Shown: in pieces, positions 19,888 to 28,492 of the stretch
Numbering within the stretch: position 1 is the stretch's first letter
Layout of the letters: each line of letters opens with the position of its first letter
From: an uncultured Gammaproteobacteria bacterium
Lineage (GTDB): Bacteria > Patescibacteriota > Patescibacteriia > S139-126
Length of the DNA: 64,000 nucleotides
Direction of reading: 5' to 3'
NCBI GenBank assembly: GCA_964620905.1
Contig: CAZUKA010000001.1
Location: 158,524 to 222,523, forward strand
Made by a program: the position numbers and the translations under genes
Notes under the pieces: model-generated
What the model was told of the DNA's origin: nothing
The model's input: the letters and a program-made list of their open reading frames with translations, nothing else
Database searches by the model: none

Positions 19888-21177
19888 ATGTTAGATTTAA
19901 AATTTATTAAAGAAAATTTAGAACTAGTTGCTCGCAACAATCAGGAACGTAACATAAAAGTAGATTTAAAAAGATTAATTACCTTAGCTGACAAAAAAAA
20001 TTTATTACTGCAAACAGCAGATAGTTGGCGATCAGAAAGAAATAAACTGTCTCGGACTAAACCAACTTCAGAATTAATTGAAAAGTTGAAATTTTTGGGT
20101 AAAAAAATAGCTGAACATGATTCAGAAATTAGGTTAGTAGAGGAAGAAATTATCAGTTTACTTTATCAAATACCTAATATTAGAACAATTGATACACCCG
20201 TCGGTAGCGATGCCCAAAAAAATAAAGTGTTACGTCGAGTAGGGGAAATTCCAAATTTTGACTTTACTCCCAAAGATCACGTTCATTTGGGTAAAATTCA
20301 TGATTTAATTGACACAGAAACTTCAGCCAAAGTAACTGGCGCTAGGTTTAACTATTTAAAAAATCAAGCGGTTATTTTACAATTAGCTCTTATTCGTTAT
20401 GCTTTTGATATTTTAACCAGTAAAGATAAAGTAGCTGAAATAATTAAAACTAATAATTTAAAGTTAGCTCCCCAAGCTTTTAAGCCGGTAATACCACCTT
20501 ATATGATTAAACCGGAAGTTTACGAAAAAATGGCCAGATTAAAATATGGTGATGAAGATAAATATCATTTACCAAAAGATGATCTTTATTTAATTGGCAG
20601 CGCCGAACATACACTCGGACCTATATTTATAGATCAAATTTTGTCAGCCAATGATTTACCACAAAGATTTATTGGATTATCACCGGCTTTCCGTCGCGAA
20701 GCTGGAAGTTATGGTCGTGACACCAAGGGAATTTTACGAGTACACCAATTTGATAAATTGGAAATTGAAATTTTTAGCTTACCAGAAAATTCATTGTTAG
20801 AGCAAGATCTAATTGTTGCTTGTCAAGAATATTTGTTGCAATCATTAAAATTACCTTATCAAGTTGTTTTAATTTGCACTGGTGATATGGGTCTGCCAGA
20901 TGCTAGACAGATTGATATTGAAACCTGGCTACCAGGTCAAAATTTATATCGGGAAACACATACAGCAGACCTGATGACTGATTATCAAGCCAGACGTTTA
21001 AATACGAGAGTTAAAAGAGAGAACGGACAGATAGAATTTATTCATATGAATGATGGTACTGTTTTTGCTATTGGTAGGATGCTAATTGCTATTTTAGAAA
21101 ATTATCAACAAAAGGACGGTTCGATTTTAATCCCTGAAATATTAAGATCCTATACAAGTTTTGATAAAATCTCTTGA
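19888..21177 (+). CDS. serS: Seryl-tRNA synthetase
   Basis: MLDLKFI, N-terminal coiled coil, GSAEH, FRREAGSYGRDTKGILRVHQFDKLE, DYQARRL, ILENYQ. Confidence 0.97.
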   Translation: MLDLKFIKENLELVARNNQERNIKVDLKRLITLADKKNLLLQTADSWRSERNKLSRTKPTSELIEKLKFLGKKIAEHDSEIRLVEEEIISLLYQIPNIRTIDTPVGSDAQKNKVLRRVGEIPNFDFTPKDHVHLGKIHDLIDTETSAKVTGARFNYLKNQAVILQLALIRYAFDILTSKDKVAEIIKTNNLKLAPQAFKPVIPPYMIKPEVYEKMARLKYGDEDKYHLPKDDLYLIGSAEHTLGPIFIDQILSANDLPQRFIGLSPAFRREAGSYGRDTKGILRVHQFDKLEIEIFSLPENSLLEQDLIVACQEYLLQSLKLPYQVVLICTGDMGLPDARQIDIETWLPGQNLYRETHTADLMTDYQARRLNTRVKRENGQIEFIHMNDGTVFAIGRMLIAILENYQQKDGSILIPEILRSYTSFDKIS

Positions 21178-21197
21178 TATTTTACGACACATAAAAA

Positions 21198-22076
21198 ATG
21201 GGGCTTTATCTGGGGGATATGAATAAAATTTATTTTCATTCTAAAACTAAGACACAACTGTTAAAAAGAAGAGATTATCACCAAAAAAAATTGGCCAATC
21301 CTTTTTTTTTAAAGGATAAAAAAAAATCGGTATTTTGGGTTAATTTAATTTTAATTTTTATTATTTTTTTTGGTATTTATTACTTTATTGAACATACATC
21401 AATTTTACAAATTCAAGGTATTAAATTAAACGGAGCTAATAGTTTAACAACAAATTTAGTTGCTGAAATTGCTCAAACCCAACAAAAAAACAAAAGAATC
21501 TTTATTTTTACCCAAGACAAGATTGTTTTTTTTAATATTAAAGAATTAAAAAAAAATATTTCCAAACAAATTTTATTTGAAAAATTTGAAGTCAAAAAAG
21601 ACTATCGCGATCGACTGTTAATCATAAATATACAAGAAAAAATATCTTTTTTTTATTTACACAATCAAGGACATTTTTTTACGCTTGATAATCAGGGTAA
21701 TTTAATTAATATTATTGATAAATTGCCTGAACCGTTAGATTTACCTTTAATTGAGTTCTCCACCTATAATTTGTCAATTGGAGCCAGTTTATCTGAACCA
21801 GTTCTTTTAGCTAAATTAAACGAAATATACAATAAATGGGCAAATTTAATAATCAATAATAATATAAAAAGTTTTGAATTAGAAGAAAATATTTCAAATA
21901 TAGATAAAATAATAATCAATACACAAAAAGGTTTTAAAGTTTACTTGAATAAGAATCAGGATATTGCAAAACAAATCGAAACAACCAGAGATTTATTGAT
22001 TAAATTAGAACAAGAAAATATCAAGATCAGTGAATATCTTGACTTATCGGTTGCTGGCTGGATTTATTATAAATAA
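21198..22076 (+). CDS. FtsQ/DivIB-like bitopic membrane protein
   Basis: Basic N-tail, one TM, POTRA-like segment (IQGIKLNG...LIINIQEK), LDNQG, C-terminal EYLDL...IYYK. Confidence 0.65.
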   Translation: MGLYLGDMNKIYFHSKTKTQLLKRRDYHQKKLANPFFLKDKKKSVFWVNLILIFIIFFGIYYFIEHTSILQIQGIKLNGANSLTTNLVAEIAQTQQKNKRIFIFTQDKIVFFNIKELKKNISKQILFEKFEVKKDYRDRLLIINIQEKISFFYLHNQGHFFTLDNQGNLINIIDKLPEPLDLPLIEFSTYNLSIGASLSEPVLLAKLNEIYNKWANLIINNNIKSFELEENISNIDKIIINTQKGFKVYLNKNQDIAKQIETTRDLLIKLEQENIKISEYLDLSVAGWIYYK

Positions 22077-22101
22077 TAAAAATTATTAAATTTAATATTA
22101 A

Positions 22102-22129
22102 GTGTCGTATAAGGTTTATTGTGCGACAC
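22102..22129. other. dif-like Xer recombination site (alternatively a terminator hairpin)
   Basis: GTGTCGTATAA-GGTTTA-TTGTGCGACAC: 11-6-11 imperfect palindrome between convergent genes. Confidence 0.5.
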
Positions 22130-22190
22130 TAATATTATAAAAAAATTTTATTTAAAACCATCCCCTGATAATTTGGGTATTTATGTTTTG

Positions 22191-23426
22191 CTAATTTCCT
22201 AAATAGTTAAGAGGGTTAACTGGAATGCCGTTTAAACGAACTTCAAAATGCAAATGTGGCCCTGTAGTTAAACGTCCAGCACCAGCTGTACCTGGTGTAC
22301 CACCAACTAAACCAATCGTTTGTCCCTGAACCACATAAGTCTCCTCTTCTACCAATATTTTTGACACATGACCATAAACAGTAGAGATACCGTTGTCGTG
22401 GATTAGCATTATATAGCTATAGCCTAAACCGGCATCCTTTGCTCTAGCAACATAACCAGAAGCGGCAGCGTTGATCTCCTCCCCTTGTCTAGCACGGATA
22501 TCAATTGCTGGATGTTCAAAGATATTTCGATATGGATAGTCGGGATCATGGAAATAAGCAGTTATATATTGTGAACTTACTGGCCAGATCATACCAGATT
22601 TAGAAATATCTCCCAATTGACCAGAGGAAGACATTTTCTCTCTGACGGTTTTTTCTAAATAAGCTATTTCGTTATTTACTTTTTCATAAAGTTGTCGCTC
22701 TTCTTGGAGAAGTTGTTGATATCTGACCTCGTCTCTTCTAGTTTGTTCAAGTAGGTAGTTTTTGGTATTTTGAGCAGATGCTAGGTCTTGTTTTTTTTCG
22801 TTTAGTTCGTTTTTTATTTCGATTAAACGGTTTTGTTTTGCACTTAAATCAATTTGTTCTGACTGTAATTCATTACGTAAATCTTTTACTTGATCCAAAC
22901 TTAGTTTTAAATCGCCCTCCAAACTCTCTAAATAAGTGATCTCATTGAAAAATTCTGACAATGAACCATATAGCACCATGACTTCTAAATATGATTTATC
23001 ATCTTGACGGTTCATAGTTCTAATAAATTCAGCTATTTGCTGTCTAACCTTTTCAATTTTTAAGTTGGTCAAGTCAATATTTTCTTGATTTAATCTAATT
23101 TCCAAATTAATTTGGTTAATTTGTTCTTGGATTTTTAAGACTTCAAGTTCAGTTTTACTAATTTGATCATCAATTATGTCGATTTGTGTTGATAATGAGC
23201 TTTTTTCTTGTTGTTTATTTCTAATTGCTGTCTGATAACGCGATATTTCTGCTTCGATACTGCTGATTTCATCTTTTTTTACTGAGATATCTTGATGAAG
23301 TTGATTTATTTCTTGACTGATATCGTTTGCAGTTTGTTGACCGAATGCTAAATAAAACGGTATAAAAATTAAACCGCACAAAAATAAAAATATAATTCTA
23401 CTTTTTTTATAATTGGCATGATCCAT
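22191..23426 (-). CDS. Coiled-coil M23 family murein endopeptidase
   Basis: Signal/TM, long coiled coil, WPV, HPAID, YGH, TGPHLHFEVR...VNP; Zn ligands intact. Confidence 0.9.
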   Translation of the reverse strand: MDHANYKKSRIIFLFLCGLIFIPFYLAFGQQTANDISQEINQLHQDISVKKDEISSIEAEISRYQTAIRNKQQEKSSLSTQIDIIDDQISKTELEVLKIQEQINQINLEIRLNQENIDLTNLKIEKVRQQIAEFIRTMNRQDDKSYLEVMVLYGSLSEFFNEITYLESLEGDLKLSLDQVKDLRNELQSEQIDLSAKQNRLIEIKNELNEKKQDLASAQNTKNYLLEQTRRDEVRYQQLLQEERQLYEKVNNEIAYLEKTVREKMSSSGQLGDISKSGMIWPVSSQYITAYFHDPDYPYRNIFEHPAIDIRARQGEEINAAASGYVARAKDAGLGYSYIMLIHDNGISTVYGHVSKILVEEETYVVQGQTIGLVGGTPGTAGAGRLTTGPHLHFEVRLNGIPVNPLNYLGN

Positions 23427-23432
23427 AACTAT

Positions 23433-23461
23433 ATTATATCATATTTAAGACAATTTGGCAA
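23433..23461 (-). promoter_or_regulatory. Leaderless-type promoter of the M23 peptidase gene
   Basis: TTGCCA-N17-TATAAT with extended TG; the -10 ends 6 nt before ATG 23426. Confidence 0.65.
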
Positions 23462-24890
23462 TAGCAGTTTTAATTCTTTTTAGTGTATCGTTTTTTCCAA
23501 GTACTTCCATTACCAAAAAAGCATCTGGTGAATCTTTCAAACCCGTGACCGCAACCCGTAACGGCCAAAAAGCTTGCCCGCGCTCAAAATTAGCTTCTTG
23601 ACGTGCCTGATCCAAATCTTTTTTTAGCTGTTCGGACAACCAGGGTCTTTTGTAAGTTTCAAAAAAGTCAAGTAAAAAATGTAAAACCTTTTTTGTATTG
23701 GCTAAATCAAAATTTTTGGTAATTAATAAAGATTTTTCATAGTCGGGTAAATTGAAAAGAAAAAATGTTTGTTCAGCCATATCCGATAAATTAGATTGTC
23801 GGTCTTTAAATAAAGCTATTATTTTCTTCAAAGTAAATTTATTTTCAGTAAAAAAATTTTGTTTAATTAAAAATGGTTTGATTTTTTCTATCAACAAATC
23901 ATCGTTTGTTTGTTTTAGATAATGAGCATTATACCAATCTAGTTTTGCTTGATTAAAAACTGCTCCGGCTTTTTGGATTTTAGTTAAAGAAAATTCTTCT
24001 ATCAACTTATCTAATGTAAAAAATTCTTCGTTATTACCCGGATTCCAACCAAGTAAAGCAATAAAATTTATTATCGCTTCGGGTAAGTAGCCCTTTGCTA
24101 AATAGTCCTCCGCCGCAACATCCCCTTGACGTTTGGACAGTTTTGATTTGTCATTATTTAAAAGTAAAGGTAAATGAGCAAATTGAGGAGGCTCCCAACC
24201 AAAAGCTTGGTAAAGTAAAATATGTTTAGGTGTTGAGGGTACCCACTCCTCTCCCCTTATAACATGGGAAATTTTCATTAAGTAATCATCAACCACATTG
24301 GCCAGATGATAAGTGGGAAAGCCATCACTTTTAATTAAAACTGGTTCATCAATATTTTCATTTTTCATTATAATTTCTCCTCTGATTAAATCCTGAAAGT
24401 ATGTTTCGCCTGGTTCTATTTTCAATCTCACAACATAAGGAATAGCCTGAGTTATTTTATTTTTAATTTCATCAGCAGACAAATTTTTACACCAACCATC
24501 ATATTTAGTCGGTGATTTTGTCGCTAATTGTATTTCTCGCAATTTAGTCAAACGCTCTGGCGAACAAAAACACAAATAAGCCTTGTTTTGGCTGACTAGT
24601 TGTTCAACCATTTTACGATAAATAAGCAAACGTTGTGATTGTACGTAGGGACCAAATTTACCAATTTTATCAGGTCCTTCATCATAAAAAAGTTTAAATT
24701 CTTTGATGGTTTGTATAATTTTTTCAGTTGTTCCGGGTACTAGACGTTGTTGATCAGTATCCTCAATACGTAAAATAAATTCACCCTGATTATGGCGGGC
24801 AAATAAAAAATTATATAAAGCCGTTCTTAAACCCCCAATATGTAAAGATCCTGTCGGGCTGGGTGCGAATCTAGTTCTGACCGTTTTCAT
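23445..24890 (-). CDS. gltX: Glutamyl-tRNA synthetase
   Basis: RFAPSPTG.LHIGG, LRIEDTD, PTYHLANVVDD, HVIRGEEW, KLSKR. Confidence 0.97.
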   Translation of the reverse strand: MKTVRTRFAPSPTGSLHIGGLRTALYNFLFARHNQGEFILRIEDTDQQRLVPGTTEKIIQTIKEFKLFYDEGPDKIGKFGPYVQSQRLLIYRKMVEQLVSQNKAYLCFCSPERLTKLREIQLATKSPTKYDGWCKNLSADEIKNKITQAIPYVVRLKIEPGETYFQDLIRGEIIMKNENIDEPVLIKSDGFPTYHLANVVDDYLMKISHVIRGEEWVPSTPKHILLYQAFGWEPPQFAHLPLLLNNDKSKLSKRQGDVAAEDYLAKGYLPEAIINFIALLGWNPGNNEEFFTLDKLIEEFSLTKIQKAGAVFNQAKLDWYNAHYLKQTNDDLLIEKIKPFLIKQNFFTENKFTLKKIIALFKDRQSNLSDMAEQTFFLFNLPDYEKSLLITKNFDLANTKKVLHFLLDFFETYKRPWLSEQLKKDLDQARQEANFERGQAFWPLRVAVTGLKDSPDAFLVMEVLGKNDTLKRIKTAIAKLS

Positions 24891-25629
24891 TGTTATTACT
24901 AAATATTAATAAAAATATAAAAACAAAAGTTGCTTTCAAAATTCTTCGCCATCGCCAAGGCTCTTGATAAAGGCGATATAACCATTCTAAACCAATTTGT
25001 CTTAAAAACAAAGGTGCTCTTTTTTTATGTTTGGCTAAATAATCAAAGCTCCCTCCTATGCCAATACCCAATTTGATAGTAGGTAAAAATTTACTGTGTT
25101 CGTAAAGCCAAATTTCTTGCTTGGGATTGCCTAAGCCTACCAAAATAACCTGTGGAGCAAATTGATTTAGTTCGGCAATAAGATTTTTTGGCTGCTGCCA
25201 AGTGTTTTCTGTTTTTTCAATTTTTCCGCCAGACCAACAAGCAACTTCTAATTTTTTATATTTTAATAATATTTCTTGTTTAGCCTTATTAGCTATTTGG
25301 TCTTTTGCACCCAGCAGAGCAATTTTTAAATTCAGATTTTGACAAAGTGTAAAAATTAGATCCATTAAATCAACTCCTGGTAGACGTGGTGGCCAGTAGT
25401 GATGTTTATAAAAATAAGCATATTGCAAACCAGTTCCGTCAATCAGGTTTAAGGAAGTATGACTTAAAATATTTTTAAAATAATTATTTCTATAAGCTTC
25501 AACCAAAAATTCTGGATTGACTGTAGCAATTTGGTGGAACTTATTAAGATTTAAGAATTTTTCTAAAGTAGATTTTAATTCTTCTTGGTCAAGAATATCA
25601 AGTCTGACGCCTAAGATTTTTTCTGACAT
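24871..25629 (-). CDS. WecB/TagA/CpsF family glycosyltransferase (GT26)
   Basis: TVNPE, DGTG, R.PGVDL, VGLGNPKQE.W, GIGGSFD, RAP, GLEWLYRL.QEPWR. Confidence 0.92.
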   Translation of the reverse strand: MSEKILGVRLDILDQEELKSTLEKFLNLNKFHQIATVNPEFLVEAYRNNYFKNILSHTSLNLIDGTGLQYAYFYKHHYWPPRLPGVDLMDLIFTLCQNLNLKIALLGAKDQIANKAKQEILLKYKKLEVACWSGGKIEKTENTWQQPKNLIAELNQFAPQVILVGLGNPKQEIWLYEHSKFLPTIKLGIGIGGSFDYLAKHKKRAPLFLRQIGLEWLYRLYQEPWRWRRILKATFVFIFLLIFSNNNENGQN

Positions 25630-25758
25630 AACAAATATTTGGTAATTGTTTTATATATTATAAATTGGTAAACAAATAAATATCCGCATATTTAAATTAT
25701 GCCATTTTTTGTTATTTTTTTCAAGTTGCTATAATAGAAAAAAATCTTTTTTTATGTT

Positions 25759-27195
25759 ATGATTAAAAATATTATAATTATTAATTATATGTTTAGATTT
25801 AAGTATAAAACCATTTTTTTTGTTATATTTTTTTTGTTTTTTGGAATAGTTTATCCTGTAAAAGCTCAGGAATTTAATCCCAATTATATAATTTCCGATG
25901 AAGAAATTTTTAATAGTCAAGGCATGACTTTGGATCAGGTACGAGGTTTTATTTCAGCAAAAGGTGGCTATTTAAAAGATTACATAGTTGATGTTGATGT
26001 TATCAACGAGCCATTCAGACAGATGCCAGCCGCGGACTTTATTTATGAACGAGCGGTACAAAACAAAATTAATCCCAAGTTTATTTTGGTATTATTACAA
26101 AAAGAACAAAGTTTAATTACTAATCCCTCTCCAACTCAACGTAATTTAGATTTTGCAACTGGCTATGGTTGTCCTGACAGTGGTAGTTGTAGCGAACGAT
26201 GGCGTGGTTTTGCTAAACAAGTGAATTCGGCCACGTTGCAGTTTAGAGATTATATGGAAAATCCACAAAATTATCGCTATCGTGTTGGACAAATCTATAC
26301 TTTTGTTGATAATAAGTTAAATGTTGGACAGGTAACAACACTTGTCACACCTCAGAATCAAGCTACTGCTGCTTTATACAACTATACACCCCATGTTTAT
26401 AATGGTAATTTTAATTTTTGGCGTCTTTGGCGTGAATGGTTCACCTATTCGTATCCGACTGGTAGTTTATTACAGATCAAAAATGATGCCACTATTTATT
26501 TAATTCAAAATAATATTAAAAGACCATTTCAATCTTCAGCTGCTTTTTTGAGTCGTTATTCTCCCAATAAGATTATTCAGGTAGATTCATCAATCTTAGA
26601 CCAATATCCTTTGGGTACTCCAATAAAATATCCTCAATATGCTCTATATCAATCACCGCGTGGCACAGTGTATATGATAATTGACGATGTTAAACATGGT
26701 TTTGCTTCAGCGGCAGTTATGCGTTCTTTGGGAATTAATCCTGAAGAAATTGAAAAAATGTCACAAATATTGCTTGATGAAATACCAGAAGGATCTCCAA
26801 TTACTATGGAAAGTGCCTATCCAAAAGGAGCTTTATTACAAAATAAAGAAACCGGTACCGTTTTTTATGTCAAAGACGGAAAAAAACAACCTATTGTTCA
26901 TCGTGATATTATGATTGTTAATTTTGGAGAAAAACCGCTAATTACTCCAGCTAGTTCTGAACAGTTAAGAGCTTATGTTTCACTCCCACCTTTATATATT
27001 CAAGATGGTGAGTTAGTAACCAGTGATAATCCAGAAAAAAGAGCTGTTTTTGTTATTTCCGATGGAGTAAAAAGACCTATCGTGTCAGGTGAAGTTTTTG
27101 AATCTTTAGGATATAAATGGGAAAATATCAAATATATAAATGATCAAGTACTAGATATACATCCAACTGGACAGCCCGTTGATTTAGCTAAATAA
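25759..27195 (+). CDS. Secreted protein: conserved N-terminal domain (possible glycan hydrolase) plus four C-terminal repeats
   Basis: Signal peptide; FNPNYIISD, LLQKEQSL, ATGYGCPD...C, LYNYTPH; four repeats of about 60 aa (G.LL...VYxI..G.K.P...F...G). Start may be 25789. Confidence 0.7.
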   Translation: MIKNIIIINYMFRFKYKTIFFVIFFLFFGIVYPVKAQEFNPNYIISDEEIFNSQGMTLDQVRGFISAKGGYLKDYIVDVDVINEPFRQMPAADFIYERAVQNKINPKFILVLLQKEQSLITNPSPTQRNLDFATGYGCPDSGSCSERWRGFAKQVNSATLQFRDYMENPQNYRYRVGQIYTFVDNKLNVGQVTTLVTPQNQATAALYNYTPHVYNGNFNFWRLWREWFTYSYPTGSLLQIKNDATIYLIQNNIKRPFQSSAAFLSRYSPNKIIQVDSSILDQYPLGTPIKYPQYALYQSPRGTVYMIIDDVKHGFASAAVMRSLGINPEEIEKMSQILLDEIPEGSPITMESAYPKGALLQNKETGTVFYVKDGKKQPIVHRDIMIVNFGEKPLITPASSEQLRAYVSLPPLYIQDGELVTSDNPEKRAVFVISDGVKRPIVSGEVFESLGYKWENIKYINDQVLDIHPTGQPVDLAK

Positions 27196-27197
27196 GT

Positions 27198-27977
27198 ATG
27201 TCATTGATCGGTGCTGCAATCATTCCACACAATCCCCTATTAGTACCAGGTATTGGCCTACAATATCAAACTGATTTCGCCACTACAATTTTTGGTATAA
27301 ATAAAATCCTTGATTTTATTTCTTCAAAAAGTGTTGACAGTCTAATAATTGTCAACGGACATAATAATTTAATTGTTGATTCATTTATAATAAATCTTTG
27401 TCCAGAATATCAAATAAATTTTGAAAAGTTTGGTGATTTAAATACAAAATTTTCTTTTCCAGGTAACACTGGTTTTTCTTATCGACTCAAAGAATCCACT
27501 GAAACCCAACTGCCATTATCTTTAGTCGGTGAACAATTTTTTGACTATGGTTTAGGCGTTGTTTTAAATTTTTTACAAAGTCGAAATTTACGTTTACCTT
27601 GCACATCTCTTTATACTGCACCACAACTAAATCAACAGATGCATATTGACTTTGGTCAGTCTTTAATGACTTTATTGCATCATGAGACTAAAAAATTTTT
27701 TGTGATCGCTAGTGGAAATTTAACCCACACAATGCTTGACTCAGCAGCCGACAGAGAGAAATCAAAAGAATTTGACAGTTTATTTATTAAAACAGTTAAA
27801 ACTAAAAATGAGATAAAAACATTTGAACAAAATTTACTAACCAGTGTCAAACAATGCATTCATTACCCTTGGTTAGTGTTAGCTGGTATGTTAAAAGAAA
27901 TAAATTACTTTCCGGAGATTTTCTCTTATGAGAATAAACATGGTGTAGGAATGCTTACCGCCTTATTTAAATTATGA
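27198..27977 (+). CDS. LigB/MEMO-like (class III extradiol dioxygenase fold) protein
   Basis: AAIIPHNPLLVPGIG, FEKFGD, DYG, IASGNLTH, FD, SYE...GVG; adjacent to an AMMECR1 gene. Confidence 0.7.
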   Translation: MSLIGAAIIPHNPLLVPGIGLQYQTDFATTIFGINKILDFISSKSVDSLIIVNGHNNLIVDSFIINLCPEYQINFEKFGDLNTKFSFPGNTGFSYRLKESTETQLPLSLVGEQFFDYGLGVVLNFLQSRNLRLPCTSLYTAPQLNQQMHIDFGQSLMTLLHHETKKFFVIASGNLTHTMLDSAADREKSKEFDSLFIKTVKTKNEIKTFEQNLLTSVKQCIHYPWLVLAGMLKEINYFPEIFSYENKHGVGMLTALFKL

Positions 27978-28492
27978 AAAAAGAAATAATATTAACCTTA
28001 GCCAGAGAAGCATGTCTAACCTATTTACATACTGGAGAACAGATTAACTTATCACCCGATTTTCCTGATTGGCTAAAATTAGATAAAACTGGTTTATATT
28101 TTACTCTATTTGATTATGCTGGAAATATTAGAAGTCAATTTGGTCATTTTTTACCAACTCAAGAATGTTTAGGAAAAGAAATAATTTTTCAAGGTCTCGC
28201 TTGTATAAAGGGCGGAGGTATTTATAAACCAATTTTAAAAACGGAACTTGCTGGTTTGAAAATAAGAATTGATATTATTATTAACCAGGAACCAATTCTA
28301 AATTTAACTCAAATAGAACCACAAAAAGATGGTTTGTTAGTTATAAAAACCAATAAATTTTATGGAATTGCTTTACCCGGTAAGTTTAACACCTCTGATC
28401 TATTTAAAATTGCCTGCCGAAAAGCACGTTTAGATCCAGAAAATGAAACTTATAAACTTTTTTGTTTAAAAATAAATACTTATTTCGAATGA
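27974..28492 (+). CDS. AMMECR1-domain protein (AmmeMemoRadiSam protein A-like, divergent)
   Basis: LAREA...YL, G.YFTL, G.F.PTQ..L..EII, EL..L.I.ID, DGLLV, LPG, IACRKA. Confidence 0.72.
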   Translation: MKKEIILTLAREACLTYLHTGEQINLSPDFPDWLKLDKTGLYFTLFDYAGNIRSQFGHFLPTQECLGKEIIFQGLACIKGGGIYKPILKTELAGLKIRIDIIINQEPILNLTQIEPQKDGLLVIKTNKFYGIALPGKFNTSDLFKIACRKARLDPENETYKLFCLKINTYFE

